From Planctomycetota bacterium (GTDB lineage Bacteria > Planctomycetota > JAKEIC01 > DYIT01): DNA of 35,233 nt. Below, piece by piece: positions 6,749 through 16,219 of the stretch. A program made the translations under genes and the position numbers. A model generated the notes under the pieces. The model made no database searches. It was given only the letters and a program-made list of their open reading frames with translations, and had not been told where the DNA came from. The stretch covers positions 1 to 35,233 of the forward strand of contig JBFZBV010000402.1 in the NCBI GenBank assembly GCA_041308285.1, in the 5' to 3' direction. Every line of letters begins with the position of its first letter. The first letter of the stretch is position 1.

Positions 6749-8094
6749 AAGAACATCCCAAACGCGAGTCCCGGTCCCTTCTCCCGGCTGTCGCCCCCTT
6801 TGCGCTGCTGCTCCTCGGTTTGGCCGTTCCAGGCTGCGGCGGGCAGGAAGCGGCCCCGTCCGGCGACGCGAAGAAGAAAGCCCCGGCCGTGGCGGTCGAG
6901 GCCGCCCGGAAGGAGCCGATTGCGCGTCTCATCGAACTGACCGGCGAAACCGCGGCGGTCGAATCGGCCGTCATCGCCTCAACAGTCGAGGGCCGCATCG
7001 GTTACCTGCCGTGGAGGGAAGGCGACCGCGTCGAGCCCGAGCAGGGCAGGCCCGTGAAACTCGTCGAAATCGACCGCGACCTCTACAAGGCCGAGGTCAG
7101 GGCGGCGGAGGCCGCGCTCGATGTCGCCAGGGCCAGGCTCGATGACATGAAGGCCGGCACGAGGCCGGAGGAGATCGCCAAGGCCGCCGAAACGGTCAGG
7201 CAAATCGAGGAGAGCGCCGCTTTCGCCAAAATCGACCTGGACCGCGTCGGGAAGCTGGCCGAAAGCGGCTCAATCCCCGGCGAGGCCCTCGAGAAGGCGA
7301 GGGTCGCCCACTTCGCGGAGACCGCACGCCTCGCCGCCGCCAGGCGCCACCTCGAGATGCTCGAGGCCGGGTTCACGAAGACCGCCGTCGCCGTCCAGGA
7401 AGCGATGGTGAAGGAATCATCCGCGCGGCTCGAACTGGCTCGCGCGAAACTCGACGAGTGCGTGATACACGCGCCTTTCAAGGGAACCGTCATGCGCGTG
7501 TTCGCCCGCGCCGGCGACATGGCCTCGACAAGGGCGCCGCTCCTCGAAATCGCTGACTTGTCCACGCTCGTCGTCAGGACCTCGGCGCCGGAAGCGTATT
7601 CCTCGAAAATAAAGGAGGGCATGAAAGCATACGTGACGCTGGACGCCGTACGGGGAAGCCAGCTCCAGCTGGAGGTGTCCAGAGTATTCCCCGGACTCGA
7701 CCGGGAAATGCGGACCAGGACCGTGGAAATCCGCCTGTCCGGCGCGGAGGGCGCCGCGCCCGGCATGTTCGCGCGAATCCGAATCGAAATCGAGCGAGAC
7801 GAGTCCGCGGTCACGATCCCGGCGCAGTCGGTCGTGACCAATCCCATGGGCGCCCGGGTGGCGTTCGTGGTCGCGGACGGCAGGGCGGCGCAGCGCATTC
7901 TTCAGACGGGCATCGAGCAGGGCGGCCGCGCTCAGGTCATCTCCGGCATCGCCCCAGGAGAAAACGTAGTAACCGCGGGCAACGAGAAACTGAAGGACGG
8001 CGTCGAAGTCAGGATTATCGAACCGGGCAAACCCGCGGGCAAATCCGGCCCCGGGACCGGAGCGCCACAGGAGAAGAAAGGCCGCGCCGAATGA
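6745..8094 (+). CDS. Efflux RND periplasmic adaptor (HlyD/MFP family) lipoprotein
   Basis: Lipobox LLGLAVPGC, a coiled-coil hairpin region and a beta-barrel C-terminus (APFKGTVMRVFARAGD...). There are ATGA overlaps on both sides. Confidence 0.85.
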   Translation: MKEHPKRESRSLLPAVAPFALLLLGLAVPGCGGQEAAPSGDAKKKAPAVAVEAARKEPIARLIELTGETAAVESAVIASTVEGRIGYLPWREGDRVEPEQGRPVKLVEIDRDLYKAEVRAAEAALDVARARLDDMKAGTRPEEIAKAAETVRQIEESAAFAKIDLDRVGKLAESGSIPGEALEKARVAHFAETARLAAARRHLEMLEAGFTKTAVAVQEAMVKESSARLELARAKLDECVIHAPFKGTVMRVFARAGDMASTRAPLLEIADLSTLVVRTSAPEAYSSKIKEGMKAYVTLDAVRGSQLQLEVSRVFPGLDREMRTRTVEIRLSGAEGAAPGMFARIRIEIERDESAVTIPAQSVVTNPMGARVAFVVADGRAAQRILQTGIEQGGRAQVISGIAPGENVVTAGNEKLKDGVEVRIIEPGKPAGKSGPGTGAPQEKKGRAE

Positions 8095-11000
8095 ACCTCA
8101 CCCGACTCGCCGTCAGCCGCCGGGTTTCCACCACCGCAATCGTCGTTGCGCTCGTCGTCCTCGGGCTCTACGGGCTCTGGCGCCTCCCCGTGGACTTCCT
8201 GCCGGACATCACCTACCCGATGATTAAAGTGTTCATCTGGTGGCGCGGCGCGACGCCCGAGGAAATCGACAAGAGCCTAGCCGACCCCATCGAGAGGCAG
8301 ATGGCCACCGTGGACGGCCTCGATTACATCGAATCATCCGCGATAGAAGGCATGTACACTCTGACGGTCAATTTCAAGTACGGCGTGGACGTGGACGTTG
8401 CGTACCAGGACGCGCTGGCTGCCATGGCCAGGGCCGCCCGGTGGCTGCCTAAGGACATCGAGCCGCCCTTCGTGTTCAAAGCGGACCCGTCCCAGCTGCC
8501 GGTCGTGCAGATGACGGCGTCCAGCGACCGATGGGACCTCGTGAAGCTCAGGACGTGGGCTGACGAGTGGCTCCAGGACCAGCTCCTTGCGGTATCAGGG
8601 GTCGCGGGCGCGGAAATCGTCGGCGGGCTCAAGAGGGAAATCCGCGTCCACATGGACCCGGAGGCCCTGGAAAAGCACGGGCTGACGCTTCAGTTTGTCC
8701 TTAAACGCCTGCGCGACGAGAACGTCGAGCAGTCCGGCGGAAGGGTGACTTCAGGACCCAGGGAGATTATCGCCAGAACCACCGGAGAATTCCGCAGCCT
8801 GGACGAGATCCGCGACGTCGTCTTGCTGAGCAGAGGCGGGTCGACCCTGCGCCTGCGCGACATCGCCGAGGTGCTGGACTCGCACGAGGAGGCGCGCGTC
8901 ATCACGCGCCTGGACGGAAACCCGTGCGTCAAACTGAGCGTGCTGAAGCAGGCGGACGCCAACACCGTCGAAGTCGCCCGCCAGGTCGAAAAGCGAATCC
9001 GCGAACTCGAACCGGCGCTGCCTGAAGGCGTGCAGCTGGGGCTGGTGGAAAACCAGGCCGACTACGTCAAATCGTCCCTGGACGGCGTCAGGAACGCCGC
9101 AATCGAGGCTGCGGTCCTGCTCATCTTCGTCATCTACCTGTTCCTGGGATCGTTGAGGCAGGTTCTGGTCATGGTGCTCGCCCTGCCGGTCACGCTCGTG
9201 CTCAATTTCGGGCTGATGAAAATCGCCGGCTTCTCGCTGAACATCTTCTCCCTCGGCGGGCTCGTAATCGCCATAGGCGTGCTCCTGGACAACTCGATTG
9301 TGGTGATTGAGAACATAACCAGGCTGCGCCGCGAACGCCCCGGGGAAGAGACGGGCGAGGTCGCGGTGGAGGCGGTCTCGGAAGTCGGCACAGCCATCGT
9401 CGCGGCGACGCTCTCCTTTCTCGCCCTGTTCGTGCCTTTCCTTCTCGTCCCGGGGCTCACCAGCCTGCTTTTCCGGGAGCTGATACTCGTGATCGCGGGA
9501 ATTGTCCTCATAAGCCTCGCGGTCGCGGTGACGTTCACGCCCATGATCACGGCCGCGATTCTGGGGAAGAGGCCCGCAGGGCCGGCGAAGCCGGGTCTCT
9601 TCGAACGCATGTTCGTCGCCGTCACCGACGCCTACGCGCTGGGGCTTGGGGCGGCGCTCAGGCTCCGATGGGTCGCGATCCCGGTTTTCGGGCTCGTGCT
9701 CGCCGCGTCGGTGCTCCTCGCGGGCCGGCTCGGCAGCGAATTCCTGCCGCAGACCGACGACGGCAGAATCATGGTGAAGGTCAAGCTGCCGACTGGTGCG
9801 GCCCTGGGCGAGACCGACCGCCTGCTGCAACGTATCGAGGAGAGCATCGGGCGGGACGAATCGGTCGAGAGCGTCTTCACGCTTTCGGGCGGAAGGGTCA
9901 TGGGGCTCAACACCTACGAAATCGCGAACGAGGGCGAGATCGACCTTCAACTCGTCCCCCCGTCGAAACGGCGGGTCAGCACGAAGCAGTTCATCGAGCG
10001 GCTGCGGCCGATAGTGGCGAAGATTCCGGTTCCGGGCGGAAACGCCATGGTGATGCAGATGAAGCTGAAGGGCATCCGCCAGGCCGGGACTTCCGACATA
10101 GAAGCCAAGATAAAGGGTCCGGACATCGCCACCCTGTTCGACGTCGCGCGCATGACTGCGGGCGTCATGAGCGAAATCGACCACGTCACTAACGTCTACA
10201 TGTCCATGGACATGACGAAGCCCGAGCACAGGGTGCGGGTGGACCGCGTCCGGGCCGCGGACATGGGCGTGCCGGTCCAGGAAGTAGCGGACACGCTTCG
10301 GTCCTTCGTCACGGGCGCGGTGGCCACGAGATACCGCGAGGGCGAAGAGTACTACAACGTGCGCGTCATGATTCCCGAAAGCCGAATCTCGTCGAAGAGC
10401 GACCTCGAGAACCTGCCGCTCAGCAGCGCCCGGGGGGGATACCTGAGGATACGGGACGTAGCAGTCGTAGAGCCCGCGGTCGGGCCGGTCGAAATAGTGC
10501 GGGAAGACCAGGTGAAGCAGGTAATCGTCCAGTGCGACAGGTCGGGCGCGAGCGTGGGCCAGGCCCTCGAAGAGGTCAGGAAGGCCATGGCGGGAAGGGA
10601 TTTGCCCGCAGGCTACGAGGTCGTCTGGGGCGGCCAGGCGCAGATGATGCGTGAAATGGCTGTCGACGTCCTGTCGGTCCTCGCATTCGCCCTGTTCTTC
10701 TCGTTCATAGTCCTCGCCGTGCAGTTCAACAGCCTCAAGCTGCCCGCGCTGATCCTCGGCAGCCTTCCCGTCTGCATGTCGGGCCTGGTCTTCATCATGG
10801 CAATCACGGGTCTGCCAATCGGCGCGACGGTTGTCATCGGCGTCCTGATTGTGGCCGCCGCGACTGTGAACGACGGAGTGCTGCTTCTCGCCTTTGCGCG
10901 CGAGCTGCAGGCGCAGAAAGGCATGTCTCCCTTCGAGGCGGTCCTGAGCGCTGCGAAGATTCGCCTGCGGCCGCGCGTGATGACCACTGTCAGCACCCTG

Positions 11001-11219
11001 GCAGGCCTGTTCCCGCTGGCCCTCTCGCTCGAAGAGGGCGGGGACATGCTTAAGCCCATGGCCGTGGCAGCAATCGGCGGACTGCTGATGGAAATGCCCG
11101 TCGCCCTGTTCCTCATGCCGTGCCTGTACGTCGCATTCTCGTCCGGAACGCCCGCTGCGCCGGGCCCCGGTTCTCACGCGGCGCCCCCGGCACCCCTGGA
11201 ACATGCCGGGGATCGCTAG
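8091..11219 (+). CDS. RND efflux permease (AcrB/CzcA superfamily)
   Basis: 1042 aa with a 12-TM plus two large loop layout. The TM4 motif is AIGVLLDNSIVVIEN. Substrate class cannot be assigned from sequence alone. Confidence 0.9.
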   Translation: MNLTRLAVSRRVSTTAIVVALVVLGLYGLWRLPVDFLPDITYPMIKVFIWWRGATPEEIDKSLADPIERQMATVDGLDYIESSAIEGMYTLTVNFKYGVDVDVAYQDALAAMARAARWLPKDIEPPFVFKADPSQLPVVQMTASSDRWDLVKLRTWADEWLQDQLLAVSGVAGAEIVGGLKREIRVHMDPEALEKHGLTLQFVLKRLRDENVEQSGGRVTSGPREIIARTTGEFRSLDEIRDVVLLSRGGSTLRLRDIAEVLDSHEEARVITRLDGNPCVKLSVLKQADANTVEVARQVEKRIRELEPALPEGVQLGLVENQADYVKSSLDGVRNAAIEAAVLLIFVIYLFLGSLRQVLVMVLALPVTLVLNFGLMKIAGFSLNIFSLGGLVIAIGVLLDNSIVVIENITRLRRERPGEETGEVAVEAVSEVGTAIVAATLSFLALFVPFLLVPGLTSLLFRELILVIAGIVLISLAVAVTFTPMITAAILGKRPAGPAKPGLFERMFVAVTDAYALGLGAALRLRWVAIPVFGLVLAASVLLAGRLGSEFLPQTDDGRIMVKVKLPTGAALGETDRLLQRIEESIGRDESVESVFTLSGGRVMGLNTYEIANEGEIDLQLVPPSKRRVSTKQFIERLRPIVAKIPVPGGNAMVMQMKLKGIRQAGTSDIEAKIKGPDIATLFDVARMTAGVMSEIDHVTNVYMSMDMTKPEHRVRVDRVRAADMGVPVQEVADTLRSFVTGAVATRYREGEEYYNVRVMIPESRISSKSDLENLPLSSARGGYLRIRDVAVVEPAVGPVEIVREDQVKQVIVQCDRSGASVGQALEEVRKAMAGRDLPAGYEVVWGGQAQMMREMAVDVLSVLAFALFFSFIVLAVQFNSLKLPALILGSLPVCMSGLVFIMAITGLPIGATVVIGVLIVAAATVNDGVLLLAFARELQAQKGMSPFEAVLSAAKIRLRPRVMTTVSTLAGLFPLALSLEEGGDMLKPMAVAAIGGLLMEMPVALFLMPCLYVAFSSGTPAAPGPGSHAAPPAPLEHAGDR

Positions 11220-11237
11220 AAATCCCGCGTCACGGTG

Positions 11238-11274
11238 TTGACGGGAAGCGGGCTAATTGTGAAACTATTTTCAC
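11238..11274 (+). promoter_or_regulatory. Candidate promoter (TTGACG-17-GAAACT) overlapped by the palindrome GTGAAA-N4-TTTCAC, a possible ArsR operator
   Basis: TTGACG is at 11238..11243. The perfect 6-bp arms are at 11259..11264 and 11269..11274, just upstream of the ArsR gene. ArsR/SmtB operators are typically TGAA..TTCA-type inverted repeats. Confidence 0.35.
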
Positions 11275-11297
11275 TCAATCACATTAGAGAAGGGACC

Positions 11298-11663
11298 ATG
11301 AAGAAAGAGAATGAAATCCTCTATGAGATGAAGGTCGGAATCCTGAAGGCGCTGGCGAACGTCACCCGCCTGCGGATTGCCGAGTTCCTGCTCGACAGAG
11401 AGTCGTCGGTCAACGACATCGTCTCCGCCATGGGCATCGAGAGGACGGGCGTCTCGAAGCACCTCGCGTCCCTGCAGAAGGCGAACATCCTCAAAAGCAG
11501 GCGCGAGGGGACCACGGTCTTTTATTCCCTCAAGATACCGTGCATCCTGAACGTCTTCGGCTGCATAGAGGACGTTCTCAACGAGCAGGTCAGGGCGAAC
11601 ATGTCGCTTTACATGAGAATCGGGAAGCGGCGGAGCCGAGGGCGGATTGGGGCTGGGCGCTGA
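11298..11663 (+). CDS. ArsR/SmtB-family transcriptional regulator
   Basis: LKALANVTRLRIAEFLLDRESSVNDIVSAMGIERTGVSKHLASLQKANILKSRREGTTVFYSL. I chose the internal ATG at 11298. Confidence 0.8.
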   Translation: MKKENEILYEMKVGILKALANVTRLRIAEFLLDRESSVNDIVSAMGIERTGVSKHLASLQKANILKSRREGTTVFYSLKIPCILNVFGCIEDVLNEQVRANMSLYMRIGKRRSRGRIGAGR

Positions 11664-11665
11664 CC

Positions 11666-13210
11666 ATGGACTGGAAAGCCGAGTGGAAGAAGCTCGCGGC
11701 CATTGCCGCGCTGTTCCTGCTCTTCTTCTGGCTCCCCGTGGACAGCGCGCGCTTCACCGGGAGCCTGATGGAAGCCCTCCATCTCGCCCGCTGGTACGCC
11801 CGCGAGCACGTGCTTCTCTGCCTCGTGCCCGCCTTCTTCATCGCAGGGGCCATCGGCGTCTTCGTGAGCCAGGCTTCCGTGATGAAATACCTCGGGGCAG
11901 GGGCAAACAAGGTTCTTGCCTACGGCGTGGCGTCCGTTTCCGGATCAATCCTCGCCGTCTGTTCCTGCACCGTTCTCCCGCTCTTCGCCGGGATCTGGAA
12001 AATGGGCGCAGGACTCGGTCCCGCCTGCTCGTTCCTCTACTCCGGGCCGGCAATCAACATTCTCGCAATCATCCTCACCGCCCGCATTCTCGGCCTGGAC
12101 CTCGGCGTCGCGCGAGCGGTCGGCGCCATCGGGTTTTCGGTCGTCATCGGCTTGATCATGCATCTCTTCTTCCGGAAAGAGGAGGCAGCCAAGGCCCTGG
12201 TTCAGGCCGCGCTTCCGGAGCCGGAGGTTGAGCGTCCCCTGTGGAAGAACGCGGTCTTCTTCGCAGTGATGATTGGAGTGCTCGTGTTCGCCAACTGGGG
12301 GTCGCCGAACGATTTCATGTTCAATCTCGCAGGCGGACGGTATGTCCGGGCTGCCGTGATCGAGGCGCCCGAGGATCCCCTTGCGGCGGGATCGCGGTGG
12401 CGCATCGAGGCCCTGGAAGGCCCGGACGCAGGGAAGGAACTCGTTGTCGCGTCCTCGGAGATTGAGGGAAAGACGGCCTCGCCGGGCGTCTGGACGGCCG
12501 TCTGGAAGGCGAAGTGGGCCGTCACGGCCGCGTTTTCGGCGGCGCTCGGGCTGATTCTGTTCGCCTGGCTCGGCATGGCGTGGTGGAAGCTGCTCCTCGC
12601 GGCGGTCCCGGCCGCCGCTCTGGCGCTGCTTCTGCCTGGTTCGGGCCTTTGGGTCCTGATTCCCTTCGCCGCGGGCATCGTCGGGATCTCGACTGTACTC
12701 GCGTCGGACAAGGGCGAGGGCGGCGAGTGGTTCGGATCGACCTGGACCTTCGCCAGGCAAATCCTTCCCCTTCTCTTCGCAGGCGTCCTGGTGGCTGGAT
12801 TCCTGCTCGGCAGGCCCGGGCACGAAGGGCTGATTCCGGGAAAGTACGTGGAGATGCTCGTCGGCGACAGTCCCGACCGGTTTCTGGAAATCACGGCGCT
12901 GGGCGGCGGGGGCTTCGAGGGCTTCGCCCGGACGGTCTGGCCGTTCTGGACGAACTTCTTCGCAGCGGTCTTCGGCGCGTTCATGTACTTCGCGACGCTG
13001 ACCGAGGTCCCGATTCTCCAGGGGCTCATGGGCAGCGGCATGGGCAAGGGCCCTGCGCTCGCGCTCCTGCTCGCGGGCCCTGCGCTCTCGCTGCCCAACA
13101 TGCTTGTGATTCGGAGCATCATGGGCACGAAGAAGACCGTGGTCTTCATCCTGCTGGTGATTGTCATGGCGTGGATATCGGGACTGATCTTCGGATTAAT
13201 CGCAAGATAG
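11666..13210 (+). CDS. Permease of the COG0701/PF03773 (ArsP/DUF318) family, longer than usual
   Basis: Characteristic ...SILAVCSCTVLPLFAGIWKMGAGLGPACSFLYSGPAINI... and C-terminal ...GKGPALALLLAGPALSLPNMLVI.... It has many TM helices. The ATG at 11666 follows the ArsR stop. Confidence 0.75.
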   Translation: MDWKAEWKKLAAIAALFLLFFWLPVDSARFTGSLMEALHLARWYAREHVLLCLVPAFFIAGAIGVFVSQASVMKYLGAGANKVLAYGVASVSGSILAVCSCTVLPLFAGIWKMGAGLGPACSFLYSGPAINILAIILTARILGLDLGVARAVGAIGFSVVIGLIMHLFFRKEEAAKALVQAALPEPEVERPLWKNAVFFAVMIGVLVFANWGSPNDFMFNLAGGRYVRAAVIEAPEDPLAAGSRWRIEALEGPDAGKELVVASSEIEGKTASPGVWTAVWKAKWAVTAAFSAALGLILFAWLGMAWWKLLLAAVPAAALALLLPGSGLWVLIPFAAGIVGISTVLASDKGEGGEWFGSTWTFARQILPLLFAGVLVAGFLLGRPGHEGLIPGKYVEMLVGDSPDRFLEITALGGGGFEGFARTVWPFWTNFFAAVFGAFMYFATLTEVPILQGLMGSGMGKGPALALLLAGPALSLPNMLVIRSIMGTKKTVVFILLVIVMAWISGLIFGLIAR

Positions 13211-13366
13211 GAAAAACGTCAGATGCGGATCCCCCTCGCCCCGCGGAGCGGGGAGAGTGGGATGGAGGGAACGCCTGACGGGCTTTTGCCGCGGACGTTT
13301 TCCGGCGGCCGAGAAAAAAAGGGGACAGGTACCTTTAATCGGGAACATCAGGCGCAAGGAGGCGAA

Positions 13367-13603
13367 ATGATAAAGATCCAGATACTCGGCACCGGATGCC
13401 CCAAGTGCAGGAAACTCACCGAAAACGCCGAGGCGGCGGCCAAGGCTGTTGGCGTGGAGTACGAAATCGTAAAGGTGACCGACATCAACGAAATCATGAA
13501 ATTCGGCGTCATGATGACTCCCGCGCTCGCCGTGGACGGCCTAGTCAAGTCCGTGGGCAAGGTGCTATCCACCGAGGAAATCCGGAAGGCGCTATTGGGT
13601 TGA
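13367..13603 (+). CDS. Small thioredoxin-fold protein (redox-active disulfide protein 2 type, CPKC)
   Basis: 78 aa starting MIKIQILGTGCPKCRKL..., with AAGGAGG 5 nt upstream. The ArsR-permease-thioredoxin trio is a commonly seen neighbourhood. Confidence 0.85.
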   Translation: MIKIQILGTGCPKCRKLTENAEAAAKAVGVEYEIVKVTDINEIMKFGVMMTPALAVDGLVKSVGKVLSTEEIRKALLG

Positions 13604-13690
13604 TACGCCCCTCCGTTCAGGATTTTTAAAGGGCTCGACGACGCCCCCGCGGGGGCGACCGAGATTCCAATGGAAGGCAAAGGAGAAACG

Positions 13691-14023
13691 ATGAGTAAGT
13701 TGCTGCCATTGTTGTCGGTGCTCCTGTTCGCTTCATGCGGAGTGAAGGCGTCCGCCCCTGCGCAGCCGCCCGGGAAGCCGGGCGGGGACGTGTGCCCGCC
13801 CTTCTTCCTCAAGGACGAGGCCGGCAACGTCATCAATCCCGTGACCGGAGAGAACATCGACAAGCCGTACAGCCCCCGCAAGACCTGCGGGGAATGCCAC
13901 GATTACGACCTCGTCGTCGAGGGCTTCCACTTCCAGCAGGGAAGGGGCGAGCCGGTGACAAAGGAACTCGCTGAACGCTACGCATGGGTCACAGGGCCAG
14001 GGCAGTACGGCGGCAGGTGGTGA
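13691..14023 (+). CDS. Multihaem cytochrome c, N-terminal segment (lipoprotein signal peptide plus first CxxCH), ending at in-frame TGA 14021
   Basis: AGGAG RBS, signal peptide MSKLLPLLSVLLFASC and CGECH. It is in the same reading frame as the downstream ORF. Confidence 0.8.
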   Translation: MSKLLPLLSVLLFASCGVKASAPAQPPGKPGGDVCPPFFLKDEAGNVINPVTGENIDKPYSPRKTCGECHDYDLVVEGFHFQQGRGEPVTKELAERYAWVTGPGQYGGRW

Positions 14024-14057
14024 ACGCCCGCCCCGAATTTTCGCCAGTTGGCGAAAA
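14021..14057 (+). promoter_or_regulatory. In-frame UGA plus a SECIS-like hairpin (TTTTCGCC-AGTT-GGCGAAAA)
   Basis: Perfect 8-bp stem 14038..14045 / 14050..14057 with a 4-nt loop AGTT, 14 nt after the TGA. It has the same architecture as 22622..22657. Confidence 0.5.
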
Positions 14058-16219
14058 AGAGCAATGCGAGCGCCCTTTCCGTGGATTTGACCTCCTACGA
14101 TTTCATGACCCAGGATTGCGGCGCCTGCCATCCCGGCGGAGGGCCGGCCGAACTCGACCGCAACGGCAAACGTTATGACCTGCATGCCGCCGACCCCGCC
14201 AACAACATCAAAGGCGGGGCTGACAACGGCTTCGACGGAGACTACTACAAGGCGAAATGGGCCGAGTCCGGCGTCATTGAGGCCGACTGCCTCCTGTGCC
14301 ACCTTCCCGGCTACGACAAGAAGTCCAGGGAGGCCCAGCGTGCGAACCTCAATTACCGGTGGGCTGCTTCGGCAGGCGCGGGCTTTGCGAAAATCACGGG
14401 CGCCGTCAAGAACGGGGAGAATCTGTGCATCCAGTACGACAAGGCCCGCTTCGACGAAAAAGGCTGCCTGAAACATCAAATCGCCCCGGAACCAGGCACA
14501 TCCGTGTGCTTGTGGTGCCACGGCGAGACCGACTGGAAGAAAAAGGGCGAAGTCTACGAGCCTCGCAAGGACGTGCATCTAAATGCGGGCCTGCGCTGCG
14601 TGGATTGCCACCCCGCGGGATCGAGGGCCGCGGACGAACGCATCAACAAGCCCGGAATGCACCAGTTCGCAAAGGGCGACGACCCGGGATCGCTGGTCCG
14701 CGACGACCTCGATGACACCATGGAAGGGTGCCAGGGGTGCCACGAGACGCGCAAACACGGTGCACCCCTGCCCAAGCATGCCGGCCTTCCGCCCGATCAC
14801 CTCGAGACCATCTCGTGCCAGGCCTGCCACATCCCCTGGCGGTACGGGCAGAGCGTGCTCGTGCACGACAGCACGGCCGACAACCCCCTGCCGCGCCATC
14901 CGGCCACCGGAAAGAAAATCTGGACTTTCTACGGCCAGAACCTGCGGCCGTGGAATTTTTACGGGGAAAAGGATTTCTTCGGCGCTCAGAACCAGCCGAC
15001 CGATCGCTTCAGGCCTCAGCTCGCCCGTTACAAGGGGAAGATCTACCCGGTCAACCGAGTTTATTCGCTGTGGGTCGGCATCGAGGAGCAGGGCAAACCG
15101 CTCGACATGGTCTGGATGCAGGACCTGCGCGGCATGTGGGCTTCTTTCGAAAAAGACCCTGCGTCTTTCCCCGAGCTTCAGAAGCTGAAGGACGACAACG
15201 GCGACGGCGTGACGGAAATAAACAGCCCTGAGGAAATAGAAGCGATTATCAAATCCGTGACAGCATGGCTCGAGTCGAAGAAGAAGCCGATGGACGGCAA
15301 GGGAATCGTTTTCGTGGACGGGACGAAGGTGCACAGGTCGGGCACGGAATCGTACGAGGTCGAGGCCCTGCCGCACGAGTACACCCCGTATGCCTCGTCC
15401 TTCAAATACTCCCACGGCGTGCAGCCCGCAGGCGCGGCGCTCGGAAGCGGCGGATGCACTGACTGCCATTCCGGCGGCTCGCACTTTTTCTTCCAGGCCG
15501 TGATGCAGCGGCCTTTCGGCGCGGACGCAAAACTGCAGTGGCAGGCCCAGTACGAACTCCTGGGGATATCGGGAAGCATGGCCGAGCTCGGCGCGTTCAG
15601 GGAGGAGACGCTCAAACCCGCGTCTTTCTTCCTGACCCTGCTGGCAGGAGCCATGGCCCTGATCTGGGTCTTGTCCGAGTTGATCCTGACCGCCGGATTC
15701 TTCGGCTCGACTGCCGGGGCCTCGACTCCGGCCGCAGTCCCCGGGCGCTTGCGCGCCGTGCAGGGCGTGATCCTCATGGCCCTCCTTCTGTCGGTAGTCG
15801 CGCTTTTCAGCAACGCCGCCATGCTGGAATACGTGACGGTTTCGCAGCGCTTCCTCAATTCCACCCACGCCGCTTTCGCGGGCCTTTCCCTGCTCCTTGC
15901 AATGGCGGCCATGTCCAGGATTGGCGTGTTCCGCGGGAAATCCGGCGGCGTCCTGGTCCTGGATCCGGTCATACGCGTCATTCTTGCCGCCGGCATACTC
16001 GCGATCGCGATCGGTGGCGGGACCATGTTCCTTAAATCCGGATTCAGGGTCGTGTTCCCCTTTGCCGGGTGGGTGCGTTTCTCCTACACGCTTTTCGACG
16101 CGGGCGTGTTCGCGGCCCTTTCGGGGATAGTCCTTTTCCTGGGCCGTGCAACGTGGCTGCTGCCCGTGAAACTCGCGGCCGCGCCGCAGGCGGATTCGAA
16201 TAAGGAGACGACAATTTAA
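14024..16219 (+). CDS. Multihaem cytochrome c continuation (7 CxxCH) fused to a C-terminal domain of about 5 TM helices. The conventional ORF call would start at TTG 14048.
   Basis: CGACH, CLLCH, CLWCH, CVDCH, CQGCH, CQACH and CTDCH, with hydrophobic helices from ~15610 onward. It has no signal peptide, ATG or RBS of its own. Confidence 0.8.
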   Translation, partial: TPAPNFRQLAKKSNASALSVDLTSYDFMTQDCGACHPGGGPAELDRNGKRYDLHAADPANNIKGGADNGFDGDYYKAKWAESGVIEADCLLCHLPGYDKKSREAQRANLNYRWAASAGAGFAKITGAVKNGENLCIQYDKARFDEKGCLKHQIAPEPGTSVCLWCHGETDWKKKGEVYEPRKDVHLNAGLRCVDCHPAGSRAADERINKPGMHQFAKGDDPGSLVRDDLDDTMEGCQGCHETRKHGAPLPKHAGLPPDHLETISCQACHIPWRYGQSVLVHDSTADNPLPRHPATGKKIWTFYGQNLRPWNFYGEKDFFGAQNQPTDRFRPQLARYKGKIYPVNRVYSLWVGIEEQGKPLDMVWMQDLRGMWASFEKDPASFPELQKLKDDNGDGVTEINSPEEIEAIIKSVTAWLESKKKPMDGKGIVFVDGTKVHRSGTESYEVEALPHEYTPYASSFKYSHGVQPAGAALGSGGCTDCHSGGSHFFFQAVMQRPFGADAKLQWQAQYELLGISGSMAELGAFREETLKPASFFLTLLAGAMALIWVLSELILTAGFFGSTAGASTPAAVPGRLRAVQGVILMALLLSVVALFSNAAMLEYVTVSQRFLNSTHAAFAGLSLLLAMAAMSRIGVFRGKSGGVLVLDPVIRVILAAGILAIAIGGGTMFLKSGFRVVFPFAGWVRFSYTLFDAGVFAALSGIVLFLGRATWLLPVKLAAAPQADSNKETTI

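Noticed and set aside
8751-11204. Very long minus-strand ORFs antisense to clear + strand genes. Examples are 1479..2714, 8751..11204, 14579..16660, 23260..24750, 24158..25489, 26410..28146, 28859..30844 and 31240..32787.
   Set aside because: They are shadow ORFs typical of high-GC DNA. Their translations are low-complexity R/G/E/D/H/P-rich with no recognisable motifs. Each lies fully opposite a + strand gene with strong family signatures.
8091-11219. Calling the RND pump CzcA (a heavy-metal HME-type pump) outright.
   Set aside because: The context (metal sensor, Cys-rich protein) suggests metals. However, the TM4 motif AIGVLLDNSIVVIEN is not clearly the HME signature. Substrate class cannot be decided without phylogeny.
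13641-13656. The 16-nt perfect palindrome CGCCCCCGCGGGGGCG after the thioredoxin gene, as a terminator.
   Set aside because: It is a GC hairpin with no following T-tract and lies only ~35 nt from the cytochrome RBS. The evidence is insufficient to call a terminator.
14021-14023. Global reassignment of TGA (genetic code 4 or 25) as the explanation for the in-frame TGAs.
   Set aside because: Many well-supported genes in this window terminate at TGA at the expected protein ends (ABC ATPase, anti-sigma, MFP, ArsR, thioredoxin, acr3 and others). The DNA is also high-GC, unlike known TGA-recoding lineages.
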